Below are positions 1 to 14,138 of a stretch of DNA of 64,000 nucleotides, piece after piece. Position 1 is the stretch's first letter, and every line of letters begins with the position of its first letter. The notes beneath the pieces were generated by a model. That model was given only the letters and a program-made list of their open reading frames with translations, was not told the DNA's origin and ran no database searches. Source of the DNA: Eledone cirrhosa (Eukaryota); the NCBI GenBank assembly GCA_964016885.1, contig OZ024752.1, forward strand, positions 33,294,001-33,358,000, written 5' to 3'. The position numbers and the translations under genes were made by a program.

Positions 1-842
1 TTCATGACCTGGTCGATTAATTTAATGCCTCTATAGTTACTCATCTAGGGCGTCTCCTTTACCCTTATAACAGTTAACGATGATGCTGCTATGCCAGTCC
101 TTCGGAACAACCCCATTCTGTACGACTTGGTTAACTATGCGGGTGACCATGGTGTGTCCCACCGTGCCAGATGCCTTCAGCATCTCAGCAACTATTTCCG
201 AAGGCCCAGCCGCCTTACCAGTCTTCATATCCTTGATTGCCTTACTTATTATACTCCCCTCGACTAACACTGCTGGTCCCTCTATCGGGTCGATATGGGG
301 GAGACTGTCTTTCTCCCATTTATTCTCCTCATTTAGTAGCCTTTCATAGTGACACTTCCAAGCTACCTTCTTATCAGTGTCGGTGATGGCAAGTATGCCA
401 TCATCGTTAAGTACACACTTCTCCCCGACAATATCACGGTTTTCCTTGACGCATTGCCTGGCAATCCTGAACACCTCACGTTTTTGGTCATCGCGTTGTA
501 GAACATGCTTGAACTTTCTTTCCTCCGCTTCCCTTCTTGCTAAGTACACTTCTCTCCTAGCTTCCCTCCTGGCCACTTGATAGTCTACTCTACTTCCCCC
601 ATCCCGCCATACTTTCCAAGCCTGCTTTTTGGCCTTAATTGACCCCTCCACCCTATTGTTCCACCACCATGTTACTCTCCTCCTGCCTACAGGCCTGCTC
701 CAGCCACAGACCTCGTCTGTCGCCAACAGCAGGTTTGCTTTCAGAAATTTCCACTGTCCCTCTATATTGTCCGATTCTAGATGCTCTTCCTTACTATCAA
801 AAGCATCAAGTAATATGCTTTGAAATTTATTTCTGGCTGTGG
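1..842 (-). mobile_element. 5'-truncated RTE LINE copy (linker plus start of RT), runs off the window start
   Basis: Translation PTARNKFQSILLDAF...WWWNNRVE...MKTGKAAGPSEIVAEMLKASG...YKGKGDALD is nearly identical to the element at ~34996-35830; truncated against a (TA)n array. Confidence 0.95.
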
Positions 843-845
843 GGA

Positions 846-924
846 ATATATATATATATAATATATATATATATAATATATATATATATAATATATATAT
901 ATATAATATATATATATATAATAT

Positions 925-956
<32 letters not shown>

Positions 957-1010
957 ATATAATATATAATAATATATATATAATATATATATATAATATA
1001 TATATATAAT

Positions 1011-1044
<34 letters not shown>

Positions 1045-1161
1045 ATATATATATATAATATATATAATATATATATATATAATATATATATATATAATAT
1101 ATATATATATATAATATATATATATATAATATATATATATATATAATATATATATATATAT

Positions 1162-1194
<33 letters not shown>

Positions 1195-1222
1195 ATATAT
1201 ATATAATATATATATATATAAT

Positions 1223-1271
<49 letters not shown>

Positions 1272-1657
1272 TATATAATATATATATATAATATATATAT
1301 ATAATATATATATATAATATATATATAATATATATATAATATATAATATATATAATATATATATATATAATATATATATATATAATATATATATAATATA
1401 TATATATATAATATATATATATATAATATATATATAATATATATATATCATATATATATATATATATATAATATATATACATAATATATATATATATAAT
1501 ATATATACATAATATATATATATATAATATATATATAATATATATATATATATAATATATATATATAATATATATACATAATATATATATATAATATATA
1601 TAATATATAATATATATATATATAATATATATAATAATATATATAATATATATATAT

Positions 1658-1690
<33 letters not shown>
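846..1690. repeat. (TA)n/(TAA)-interrupted microsatellite, ~850 bp
   Basis: Almost pure A/T dinucleotide array. Confidence 0.98.
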
Positions 1691-1854
1691 GTCTGTAACA
1701 TTGTTACTATTTGTTCACCGACATGAGCACTCAATACATATGTGGGTTTGGTTTAGTTATAGTCTGTGGTGTTGTACATTTGGTATTTTACTATAGTCAG
1801 TCTCCTTTAGAAGCAGTGTTAATGATAATGAGTAAGAATGAGGTGTCAAAGTAT

Positions 1855-1856
<2 letters not shown>

Positions 1857-1904
<48 letters not shown>

Positions 1905-1917
1905 TGTGTCTGTGTCT

Positions 1918-1957
<40 letters not shown>

Positions 1958-2292
1958 TTATGTATTTCTTTATTTTTGGCTAGTTCCCAACTTCATCAAC
2001 CTGCTTCAATCTCTGAAGCAGATTTATAAAGTTGTCAGCTTGCCAATAATAATGAAATACATAATTAAGCACACATGCATGCACACACACACAGACACAC
2101 ACAGATGTGAAAACACACACACACATATAGATACATGCTCACACATACACACACACACACACACACAAATGTGCACACACCTTTATTTCTAAGCATACTG
2201 AATGCTTTGTTTAAAATGGAATTGCCTTGTTCCCTGAAATAAGCACATAATATACACACACACACACACCAACACACAGGTATGTGTGTGTG
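1857..2292. repeat. (GT)n and (CA)n microsatellites
   Basis: Direct inspection. Confidence 0.9.
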
Positions 2293-3980
2293 TGTTACAG
2301 AATGAGTGATAGCAAAACTAATTAAGGACAGAATTAATTCTGACATGATGCAGTTTGGCTTTAAGCCAGGAAGAATCACTACGGATGTTTTCGTCCTACT
2401 GAGACAGCTATGAATATACACCTATACTTAGTATTCTTTAAATAAAAAAAAAAGGTCCTTTGACAGAATCTCATATTCTGTAATCTGGCGGCCCCTTAGA
2501 AAGTTAAGGATAGAAAAATGGTTTGTTAGGGTCATACGTGCCATGTACAGGGGTACATTCAGTAGGATGGGTACAAACAATGAATTTAGTTTACAGTTAG
2601 GAGTTCACAAAGGCTCAGTCCTCAAACCCCTTTTATTTATTATAGTCCTCCAGGCAATAAAAGTGGAATTCAAGACTGGCTGTTCTTGGGAACCCCTATA
2701 TGCTGATGATTTAGGGCTCATAGCAGAATCTGCAAAAGAATTAGAGAAGTTCCAGACATGGAAACAAAATCTAGGATCAAAGGGTTTGAAAGGTTTATTA
2801 ACCTAGCAAAAACTAAAGTTTTAGTAAGCAGGAAAGAGGATAAGGCTCAGATGCCATCAGGTAAATGGCTGTGCTCAATATGGCAAAAATGAAGTAGGTA
2901 AAAACTCCATATTGTGTGTACCCAGAATGGAGAGAGGATATGCAAGTGGGTGTTGGTGACAACAAAAAGCCCTTGGTCTGCCCTGTAAAGTGGTCATGTT
3001 GGTGACAATGAAAAATCATCCAGTCTACTCTGTAACGTGGTCATGTTAGTGACAACAAAAATTGCCCAGTCCACACTGTAAAATGGTTGTGTTGATGACA
3101 CAAAAAAAAAGGTCCTCAGTCCAACCCCTCAGGTGGTTGTTTTGGTGGCACAATAAAAATCACCCAGTCCACACTGTAAATGTGGTTGATGTTAGGAAGG
3201 GCATCCAGCTTTAGAAACCAAACCCAAAACAGTTCTGTGTGAGCAAGACATGGTCATTTAATCTGACTTGTCTCATTACAGGACAACTTGCCTAACCCAT
3301 GCTAGCATGGAGAAATGGACAATGATGATGATGAGATGTAGTAGGATCATGGGTTGGTTGTGAGGGAAGGCATACTTAATATATAACAAGAACTCAGAGG
3401 TAGTCAACAGTAAAGCTACTTATGAAATAAACTCTCAAATTTCCAGCTAACTCACTAGAAGTAATAGAAAGTTTTCACTATCGAAGTGACCTCCTTAGCA
3501 GTGGAGCAGGATGTACTGAAAATATCGTAGCAAGAGTGAGAAATGAGTGGAAGAAATTCAGGGAGCCGTTGCATCCTCTTCAAGCAACAAATGACTTCCC
3601 TCTCAAAGTGAAAGGACAGATTATTTGATGCTTTTGTTCAAATTGCTATGTTGTATGGCAGTATGACATGGACCCTGAGTGCAGAAGATCTGCAGCTGGT
3701 ACACTTACACTGTATGTGTAATGTTAGTGCATTTATGTGATTGAGCGAGCACAAATGGGCTGAGAGAAAACTGAGTCTAAGAAGAATAGAATGTGGTGTG
3801 CAAGCGAGACAACTGTGCTGGTTTGGTCATGTGATGAGTAAGAAGAGCAAGAATTGTATTAAAATTAAAATGTGCCAAGTGTTTGAGGTGGATGAGATCT
3901 GTGGACGAGTAAAACCTAGGAAGTCATGGAACAAAGTTGTCAAGAGTAACATCAAGAAACTGTACCTCCCAAAGATGACA
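2293..3980 (+). mobile_element. Old, degenerate RTE LINE (RT to C-terminus), interrupted by a SINE-type 3' module at ~2940-3335
   Basis: MQFGFKPGR, GVHKGSVLKPLLFIIVLQ, EPLYADDL, RQLCWFGHVM, GRVKPRKSW motifs with stops and frameshifts. Confidence 0.9.
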
Positions 3981-6900
3981 TAGGACTGAGCTGACTGGTG
4001 ACATGACCATAATACAAAACACCCAGCCTCCTATACAAGCACTGTGACACTGGTGATATAGGACTGAGCTGACTGGTGATATACCATAATACAAAACACC
4101 CAGCCTCCTATACAAGCACTGTGACAGTGGTGATATAGGACTGAGCTGACTGGTGATATACCATAATACAAAACACCCAGCCTCCTATACAAGCACTGTG
4201 ACACTGGTGATATAGGACTGAGCTGACTGGTGATATGGCCATAATACAAAACACCCAGCCTCCTATACAAGCACTGTGACAGTGGTGATATAGAACTGAG
4301 CTGACTGGTAATATGGCCATAATACAAAACACCCAGCCTCCTATACAAGCTCTGTGACACTGGTGATATAGGACTGAGCTGACTGGTGATATGGCCATAA
4401 TACAAAACACCCAGCCTCCTATACAAGCACTGTGACAGTTGTGATATAGGACTGAGCTGACTGGTGATATGGCCATAATACAAAACACCCAGCCTCCTAT
4501 ACAAGCACTGTGACACTGGTGATATAGGACTGAGCTGACTGGTGATATGACCATAATACAAAACACCCAGCCTCCTATACAAGCACTGTGACACTGGTGA
4601 TATAGGACTGAGCTGACTGGTGATATGACCATAATACAAAACACCCAGCCTCCTATACAAGCACTGTGACACTGGTGATATAGGACTGAGCTGACTGGTG
4701 ATATGACCATAATACAAAACACCCAGCCTCCTATACAAGCACTGTGACAGTTGTGATATAGGACTGAGCTGACTGATGATATGGCCATAATACAAAACAC
4801 CCAGCCTCCTATACAAGCACTGTGACAGTGGTGATATAGGACTGAGCTGACTGGTGATATGGCCATAATACAAAACACCCAGCCTCCTATACAAGCACTG
4901 TGACAGTTGTGATATAGAACTGAGCTGACTGGTGATATGGCCATAATACAAAACACCTAGCCTCCTATACAAGCACTGTGACAGTTGTGATATAGGACTG
5001 AGCTGACTGGTGATATACCATAATACAAAACACCCAGCCTCCTATACAAGCACTGTGACAGTTGTGATATAGGACTGAGCTGACTGGTGATATGACCATA
5101 ATACAAAACACCCAGCCTCCTATACAAGCACTGTGACAGTTGTGATATAGGACTGAGCTGATTGGTGATATACCATAATACAAAACACCCAGCCTCTTAT
5201 ACAAGCACTGTGACAGTTGTGATATAGGACTGAGCTGACTGGTGATATGACCATAATACAAAACACCCAGCCTCTTATACAAGCACTGTGACACTGGTGA
5301 TATAGGACTGAGCTGACTGGTGATATGACCATAATACAAAACACCCAGCCTCTTATACAAGCACTGTGACACTGGTGATATAGGACTGAGCTGACTGGTG
5401 ATATGACCATAATACAAAACACCCAGCCTCTTATACAAGCACTGTGACACTGGTGATATAGGACTGAGCTGACTGGTGATATGACCATAATACAAAACAC
5501 CCAGCCTCTTATACAAGCACTGTGACACTGGTGATATAGGACTGAGCTGACTGGTGATATGACCATAATACAAAACACCCAGCCTCCTATACAAGCACTG
5601 TGACAGTTGTGATATAGGACTGAGCTGACTGGTGATATGACCATAATACAAAACACCCAGCCTCTTATACAAGCACTGTGACAGTTGTGATATAGGACTG
5701 AGCTGACTGGTGATATGACCATAATACAAAACACCCAGCCTCCTATACAAGCACTGTGACAGTTGTGATATAGGACTGAGCTGACTGGTGATATGGCCAT
5801 AATACAAAACACCCAGCCTCCTATACAAGCACTGTGACAGTTGTGATATAAGACTGAGCTGACTGGTGATATGGCCATAATACAAAACACCCAGCCTCTT
5901 ATACAAGCACTGTGACAGTTGTGATATAGGACTGAGCTGACTGGTGATATGGCCATAATACAAAACACCCAGCCTCTTATACAAGCACTGTGACAGTTGT
6001 GATATAGGACTGAGCTGACTGGTGATATGACCATAATACAAAACACCCAGCCTCTTATACAAGCACTGTGACAGTTGTGATATAGGACTGAGCTGACTGG
6101 TGATATGGCCATAATACAAAACACCCAGCCTCCTATACAAGCACTGTGACAGTTGTGATATAGGACTGAGCTGACTGGTGATATGACCATAATACAAAAC
6201 ACCCAGCCTCTTATACAAGCACTGTGACACTGGTGATATAGGACTGAGCTGACTGGTGATATGGCCATAATACAAAACACCCAGCCTCTTATACAAGCAC
6301 TGTGACACTGGTGATATAGGACTGAGCTGACTGGTGATATGGCCATAATACAAAACACCCAGCCTCCTATACAAGCACTGTGACAGTTGTGATATAGGAC
6401 TGAGCTGACTGGTGATATGACCATAATACAAAACACCCAGCCTCTTATACAAGCACTGTGACACTGGTGATATAAGACTGAGCTGACTGGTGATATGACC
6501 ATAATACAAAACACCCAGCCTCTTATACAAGCACTGTGACACTGGTGATATAAGACTGAGCTGACTGGTGATATGACCATAATACAAAACACCCAGCCTC
6601 CTATACAAGCACTGTGACAGTTGTGATATAGGACTGAGCTGACTGGTGATATGACCATAATACAAAACACCCAGCCTCTTATACAAGCACTGTGACACTG
6701 GTGATATAAGACTGAGCTGACTGGTGATATGACCATAATACAAAACACCCAGCCTCCTATACAAGCACTGTGACAGTTGTGATATAGGACTGAGCTGACT
6801 GGTGATATGACCATAATACAAAACACCCAGCCTCCTATACAAGCACTGTGACACTGGTGATATAGGACTGAGCTGACTGGTGATATGGCCATAATACAAA

Positions 6901-8718
6901 ACACCCAGCCTCTTATACAAGCACTGTGACACTGGTGATATAAGACTGAGCTGACTGGTGATATGACCATAATACAAAACACCCAGCCTCTTATACAAGC
7001 ACTGTGACAGTTGTGATATAGGACTGAGCTGACTGGTGATATGGCCATAATACAAAACACCCAGCCTCTTATACAAGCACTGTGACAGTTGTGATATAGG
7101 ACTGAGCTGACTGGTGATATGGCCATAATACAAAACACCCAGCCTCCTATACAAGCACTGTGACAGTTGTGATATAGGACTGAGCTGACTGGTGATATGG
7201 CCATAATACAAAACACCCAGCCTCCTATACAAGCACTGTGACAGTTGTGATATAGGACTGAGCTGACTGGTAATATGGCCATAATACAAAGCACCCAGCC
7301 TCCTATACAAGCACTTTGACAGTTGTGATATAGGACTGAGCTGACTGGTGATATGACCATAATACAAAACACCCAGCCTCCTATACAAGCACTGTGACAG
7401 TTGTGATATAGGACTGAGCTGACTGGTGATATGACCATAATACAAAACACCCAGCCTCCTATACAAGCACTGTGACAGTGGTGATATAGGACTGAGCTGA
7501 CTGGTGATATGGCCATAATACAAAACACCCAGCCTCCTATACAAGCACTGTGACACTGGTGATATAAGACTGAGCTGACTGGTGATATGGCCATAATACA
7601 AAACACCCAGCCTCCTATACAAGCACTGTGACAGTTGTGATATAGGTCTGAGCTGACTGGTGATATACCATAATACAAAACACCCAGCCTCCTATACAAG
7701 CACTGTGACAGTGGTGATATAGAACTGAGCTGACTGGTAATATGGCCATAATACAAAACACCCAGCCTCCTATACAAGCACTGTGACAGTGGTGATATAG
7801 GACTGAGCTGACTGGTAATATGGCCATAATACAAAACACCCAGCCTCCTATACAAGCTCTGTGACAGTGGTGATATAGGACTGAGCTGACTGGTAATATG
7901 GCCATAATACAAAACACCCAGCCTCCTATACAAGCACTGTGACAGTGGTGATATAGGACTGAGCTGACTGGTAATATGGCCATAATACAAAACACAGCCT
8001 CCTATACAAGCTCTGTGACAGTGGTGATATAGGACTGAGCTGACTGGTGATATGACCATAATACAAAACACCCAGCCTCCTATACAAGCACTGTGACACT
8101 GGTGATATAGGACTGAGCTGATTGGTGATATACCATAATACAAAACACCCAGCCTCCTATACAAGCACTGTGACAGTTGTGATATAGGACTGAGCTGACT
8201 GGTGATATGACCATAATACAAAACACCCAGCCTCTTATACAAGCACTGTGACAGTGGTGATATAGGACTGAGCTGACTGGTGATATACCATAATACAAAA
8301 CACCCAGCCTCTTATACAAGCACTGTGACACTGGTGATATAAGACTGAGCTGACTGGTGATATGACCATAATACAAAACACCCAGCCTCCTATACAAGCA
8401 CTGTGACAGTGGTGATATAGGACTGAGCTGACTGGTGATATGACCATAATACAAAACACCCAGCCTCCTATACAAGCACTGTGACACTGGTGATATAGGA
8501 CTGAGCTGACTGGTGATATGGCCATAATACAAAACACCCAGCCTCCTATACAAGCACTGTGACACTGGTGATATAGGACTGAGCTGACTGGTGATATGGC
8601 CATAATACAAAACACCCAGCCTCCTATACAAGCACTGTGACACTGGTGATATAGGACCGAGCTGACTGGTGATATGGCCATAATACAAAACACCCAGCCT
8701 CTTATACAAGCACTGTGA
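3975..8718. repeat. 78-bp tandem satellite, ~61 copies (some 77-bp variants)
   Basis: Unit gatataggactgagctgactggtgatatgaccataatacaaaacacccagcctcctatacaagcactgtgacagttgt; gives a 26-aa periodicity in the ORF track. Confidence 0.98.
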
Positions 8719-9324
8719 TACAAAAAGTAAATGTAGTAACTGACTAGAAGTTACAGTGTTGGTAATCAAATGAAGTGAATATAGAGTTTGAGAGAACCCT
8801 TCAGTCAGGATTAGGATGAACATGTAACAACCTTTCTATTGATGGTGCCACAATAAAATACGCCCAGTACATCCTGTAAGATGGTTGCTTTTAGGAAGGT
8901 CAACCAGCCATAGAAACCATGAGAAATATGGACCGTATGACCAAGCGGGGTCAATCAAAGATGTCAGGTCACAGACTGGGTGAACCCATCCAGTCCATAT
9001 CAGTGTTGAAATTATGACGCTCCAGTGAATACACAGGTGAAACTCCAGAGTAACAGGACGCTGACTTGACCTGAATATATATATATATATATTCACATAC
9101 ACTCACATATCCAGGTGAGCGAAACACGATCCTCTGTCCTGATTTTCTCCTAAAGAGTCAGCCCGTCTTACCCATGCTAGCGTGGAAGATGGACGTTAAA
9201 CAATGATGATGATGATGATGATGATATATATATTCTAGTCGATCGACTTTCGTCAAATCGGACCGAGGAAACTATGTTTCCGTTGGTCTTTCCAATTGCT
9301 AATACTATCTATCGGTCGCAACTC

Positions 9325-9568
<244 letters not shown>

Positions 9569-11145
9569 TGATGCATCTGAACTCAATTTATTGTGTGTTA
9601 CAATTGTTTCGCCGGCGGACAGCTCGAGACGCGATCATTGTGTGGATCTGTCTGATTCTGGACCCGCAGGTTCGACGGACACGTCTAATGATTTCGGAGC
9701 ATATTCTCTCTCTCTCTATATATATATATATACAGAGAGAGAGACGAATTTGTATATACACGGAGTTGTGTGTATATGTATGTATGTATGTATGTATATA
9801 TATACATATATATAATTGTGTGGATGCGCCTAATATATTTGGTAGGGTTTATTTCTTCGGTCGTAGCTAATGATTCATTACAATGTTACTCCGAGTCTCT
9901 CGTTTTTTGTAATACCATTCAGCGGTGACTCATGTCATCCTTTCACTGAGCATAAAAACACAGAATCTTTTACTATGCATGAGCGTACAAAATTCGAAAT
10001 ACATCATCAATACATTATACATCACACAGACGCACACACGAATTGTGTAACCCATTTGTAATAAAGTGTAATGAGATCATTTATTCGTGATACTTTCATA
10101 TCTCTCATCGACCCCTCCCCACTTTATAATAAAATATATCCGATCCGGATTTTATTACAAGCAACAGGATTTTACTGTTGAAAAAATGTAGTCATTCTAC
10201 TCGAAATTGTTCCATCGTAATCTGTTGCTCTATGACAAAGAAGCAAAAATCAACAGTTTGTCTGCTTATTTTTTTTTTTGTTGTTGTTGGGGGAAGGGTG
10301 TGTCGGTGTTTTGTATTTTGCATGAGACACGTACTCTTATATTTATTTAAATAGCTGACTTATTTCTAAATTCCATATATGGATTTTTTTTTTTTTTACT
10401 GGGTGGAGAGAATAAGAATAACTATAAAGGAAATTGCAGATAATGAAAAATATATATGTAAATTAGAACGGAAAAAGAATTGCTTTCAACATCTCTCCAT
10501 CCCTCGGCATTATAAATATTTTTAACACGACTACCTTTCTATACAACGATAAAATAGAGTTTATCTATTATCTTGTTAGTAACAAATTATTTCAACGTGG
10601 TCGATTAATTAAAGGAATATAACATTAAACCGATAGAAAGAAAAACAAACACAGTAACATGTCCATGATATCAAATTATTTGATGTAGTGTCTGTAGAAA
10701 TGTGCTGCATTTTTGTAAGTAAATATAGCAGCGTCTCGAAATAAATTTAGTCAGCACTTCAGCTTTCTCAGAATTGACTAAACACACATCTATCAGTCTT
10801 AGAAAATGCTGATGTTGATTAAAAGAGCAAGTTTAAAGAAGAAGAAGAAGAAGACGGTACATCATGGCGACAAAGATTCACAGAATAACTTAGAACTATC
10901 ATTATTGAAATAAAGTACCAGTAATGCACTGGGTAATTTGCTGGCCTTGTGCCTAAAGTAGAAACAATTATTAATATTACAGTATCTAGTTTACATAAAA
11001 GACTATTTTCGTGTTATAAAATAAAATAATTTCAGTATATATCAAGTATTATATTTATATATATATATTTGCGTGCGAGTATGTATATATGTGAGTGTGT
11101 CCTGTGTCTATATGTGTGTGTAATCATTTCAATAAAGAAATGACT

Positions 11146-11234
11146 TCTACAAGACTAGAACTGTTTCAATTGTAAGAAATCATCAGGGCTTTCCTGATGA
11201 TTTCTTACGAATGAAACAGTTCTAGTCCTGTAGA
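11146..11234. repeat. ~90-bp palindrome with CTGATGA...GAAAC cores on both strands
   Basis: tctacaagactagaactgtttcaattgtaagaaatcatcagg / cctgatgatttcttacgaatgaaacagttctagtcctgtaga; a single-arm copy lies at ~13890-13933. Confidence 0.75.
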
Positions 11235-12066
11235 TATATGTGTGTGTGTGTGTGTATGACAAACATAAATGCAACCACCAAAAAGCTATGGTATATGTCT
11301 AATCAAATGCATACAATAACATAAATATAGGAGCAAGCACCGTAGAGAATTTATTTAATAGCAGCCGGTGTAACTGGTTATAGCAATAAGACTATTTATG
11401 TAAACTATAAATAACAATTCTTAAATACATTATATATGTATAAAGGTTATGTATAAATTACATAATAAAATCTTCTGCTAAACGGTCATTTAATATATAG
11501 TTCATGGCATATCCGTGTTGCCCTGTTATTTATAATATTGTATCATTTTCGCAATTATATTTGTCTGCCTTCAACACTTCTATATCTTATATCCCTAATG
11601 AAATTGTAAATATCTTCATAGCAAGTATTAGTAAAAAAAGGGGGACCCAGGGATGTAAATTTAAATAAATATCTAACGATTGTGTGTGGGTGAATATATA
11701 TATATATATATATATATACGCGTGTAGATAGATAATTACGTGTGTATATATATATATATAACGTTGGCTGACATGCACGTGTGAAGATTTAGATTCATTC
11801 ATATACGATTGGAAAATCGATCTACGAGCAAGTAAAGTAATCAATGAGGGAGCCTGTACGTGGTTCGTCGACTTGCTAGAAATAGCAGCCAAATCACTCT
11901 ACCTATCAACCCACTTTTAATGAAAAAAAAGGGCTACACATATATATAAAAAGACGAGATGGCCACATTTGGAACGTCTTTGCTCGTAAATCTTGTCAAT
12001 GATATCTGTCCTGTATTTAAACCATAACAGTTAAACTAATTACTTCATCTCGGATGTATAACATTG

Positions 12067-12098
<32 letters not shown>

Positions 12099-12570
12099 CG
12101 CCAATATTACATTTATAAGGTTCCTAGCAGTAATTAATTACAAGAATGTACTAATTAATCTTATATATTTGTTATATGAGAAATACATGATAATTATTCT
12201 CGTTCTAGCATTGATGAGAAAGAGAGAGAGAGAGAGAGAGACGGGGGGGAGCCAGAACGATGCTTGAGCCGTTTCGTACCACTTCCTTCTTTAGAAGAAT
12301 TTTCGAGAATTAAAAATAAGTGAGACATGTTCATAAGGTGATTAGGTGTGTATATATATATATATGCATGTATATACATTATATATATATATATATAACC
12401 CAAGATTAATATGGTTCATTGATTACTCAATGAATATAGTTTTACAATAGATTAAAAGCACTCTACGATGAAGTTTTCTGGAGTTATTAATATTATTCAA
12501 AATATTAATAAATGAAGACGTTCACATAATCAAAATATATATTTTATTATATATTTCGGAGGTACATGTA

Positions 12571-12635
12571 TTTTATCTGATGAGGACGTACTGAAAAAAC
12601 AGCACAGTACCTCCGAAATATATATAATAAAACAT
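12571..12635 (+). ncRNA. Type I hammerhead ribozyme motif inside an inverted-repeat element (12494-12678)
   Basis: ttttat-CTGATGA-gga(c)gtactg/cagtac(c)tcc-GAAA-t(atat)a-TA^ataaaa: stems I and II pair, short palindromic stem III. Confidence 0.75.
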
Positions 12636-12678
12636 ATTTTGATTATGTGAACGTCTTCATTTATTAATATTTTGAATT

Positions 12679-13061
12679 ATATATATATATATATATATAT
12701 ATGATGTATGTATATATGTACGTACCTATGTATGTATATATGTGCGTACCTATGTATGTATATATGTGCGTACCTATGTATGTATATATGTATGTACGTA
12801 CCTATGTATGCATGATGTATGTATATATGTACGTACCTATGTATGTATATATGTATGTACGTACCTATGTATGCATGATGTATGTATATATGTACGTACC
12901 TATGTATTTATGATGTATGTATGATGTATGTATATATGTATGGACGTACCTATGTATGATGTATGTATATATTTATGTATGTATATATGTATATTATGTA
13001 TGTATTTAGGTATATATATATATATTTAGGTATATATATGTATGGTATGTATGATATATAC

Positions 13062-13125
<64 letters not shown>
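12679..13125. repeat. TA/TATG/GT compound microsatellite
   Basis: Direct inspection. Confidence 0.9.
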
Positions 13126-13128
<3 letters not shown>

Positions 13129-13204
13129 AGTATGTACGTATGCGTCGGTATGTGCGTGGTTGTTAATATTCGGTGTACTTTGGAGGATGACTTATTTTGT
13201 GCCA

Positions 13205-13600
13205 TACGATAAAATAAAGTACCAGTAATGCACTGGTGTATTGCTGGCTTTGTGCCAAACGTAGAAACAATTATATTTTATAATGAGGTTAACTTTGCCT
13301 TTATCCTTACGGAGTCGATAAAATAAAGTACCAGTAATACACTGGTATAATTGCTGGCCTTGTGCCAAACGTAGAAACAATTATATTTTATGAGGTTAAC
13401 TTTGCCTTTCATCCTTACGGAGTCGATAAAATAAAGTACCAGTAATACACTGGTATAATTGCTGGCCTTGTGCCAAACGTAGAAACAATTATATTTTATG
13501 AGGTTAACTTTGCCTTTCATCCTTACGGAGTCGATAAAATAGAGTACCAGTAATACACTGATATAATTGCTGGCCTTGTGCCTAAAGTAGAAACAATTAT
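13205..13600 (+). repeat. Tandem array (~108-bp period, ~3.5 copies) of SINE family A 3' halves
   Basis: aggttaactttgcc recurs at ~13286, ~13393 and ~13501. Confidence 0.9.
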
Positions 13601-14014
13601 ATTTTATAATAATCTCATAAATAAAATTGAGATGTAGGAATGTAAGATCGAGAGAGAGGAATAAAATAGATAGATTTATATTAAATGAAGCCGGCACTTG
13701 TTCCTATAAGAGAATGTGGAGAATATGCGAGTGTGTGTGTGTATATAATATATATATATGTATATATATATATGTATATATATAGATAGTATGTCAAATT
13801 CCGATGTAAATCAGGAGACGACCACTGTTAAAAAAAGGTATCCAATACATTAGTAGAGTATAGGTATATTCATTTTTTTATAGTAATGACTACAGGACTA
13901 GAGCTGTTTCATTCGTAAGAAATCATCAAGGAAGTAATTTCTATAATAAAATGTATATATAGAGAGAGAGATGTGTGTGTATAGACATATAATGTTGTGT
14001 TTGTATATATATAT

Positions 14015-14088
14015 CAGGGTGTCCTAAATAAATGTATACACACTGTTATTAGAATGCTGTTGAAGTGTGTATACATTAGGGACATCCT
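14015..14088. mobile_element. Tiny Tc1/mariner-type MITE
   Basis: cagggtgtcc...ggacatcctg termini in TA context; inner aatgtatacacac / gtgtgtatacatt. Confidence 0.6.
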
Positions 14089-14105
14089 GTATGTATGTAT
14101 GTATG

Positions 14106-14138
<33 letters not shown>

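Noticed and set aside
37-1734. 565-aa ORF with Ile/Tyr-rich N-terminus
   Set aside because: Read-through of a (TA)n microsatellite into a truncated RTE fragment.
3975-8718. CRISPR-like appearance of the regular repeats (also 39911-42406 and 61861-64000)
   Set aside because: No unique spacers and no cas genes; eukaryotic context.
4031-8823. Long ORFs (up to 1040 aa) with Cys/His-rich 26-aa repeats
   Set aside because: A by-product of a 78-bp (multiple of 3) satellite; two frames are open and are switched by 77-bp variants; the monomer derives from a LINE on the opposite strand.
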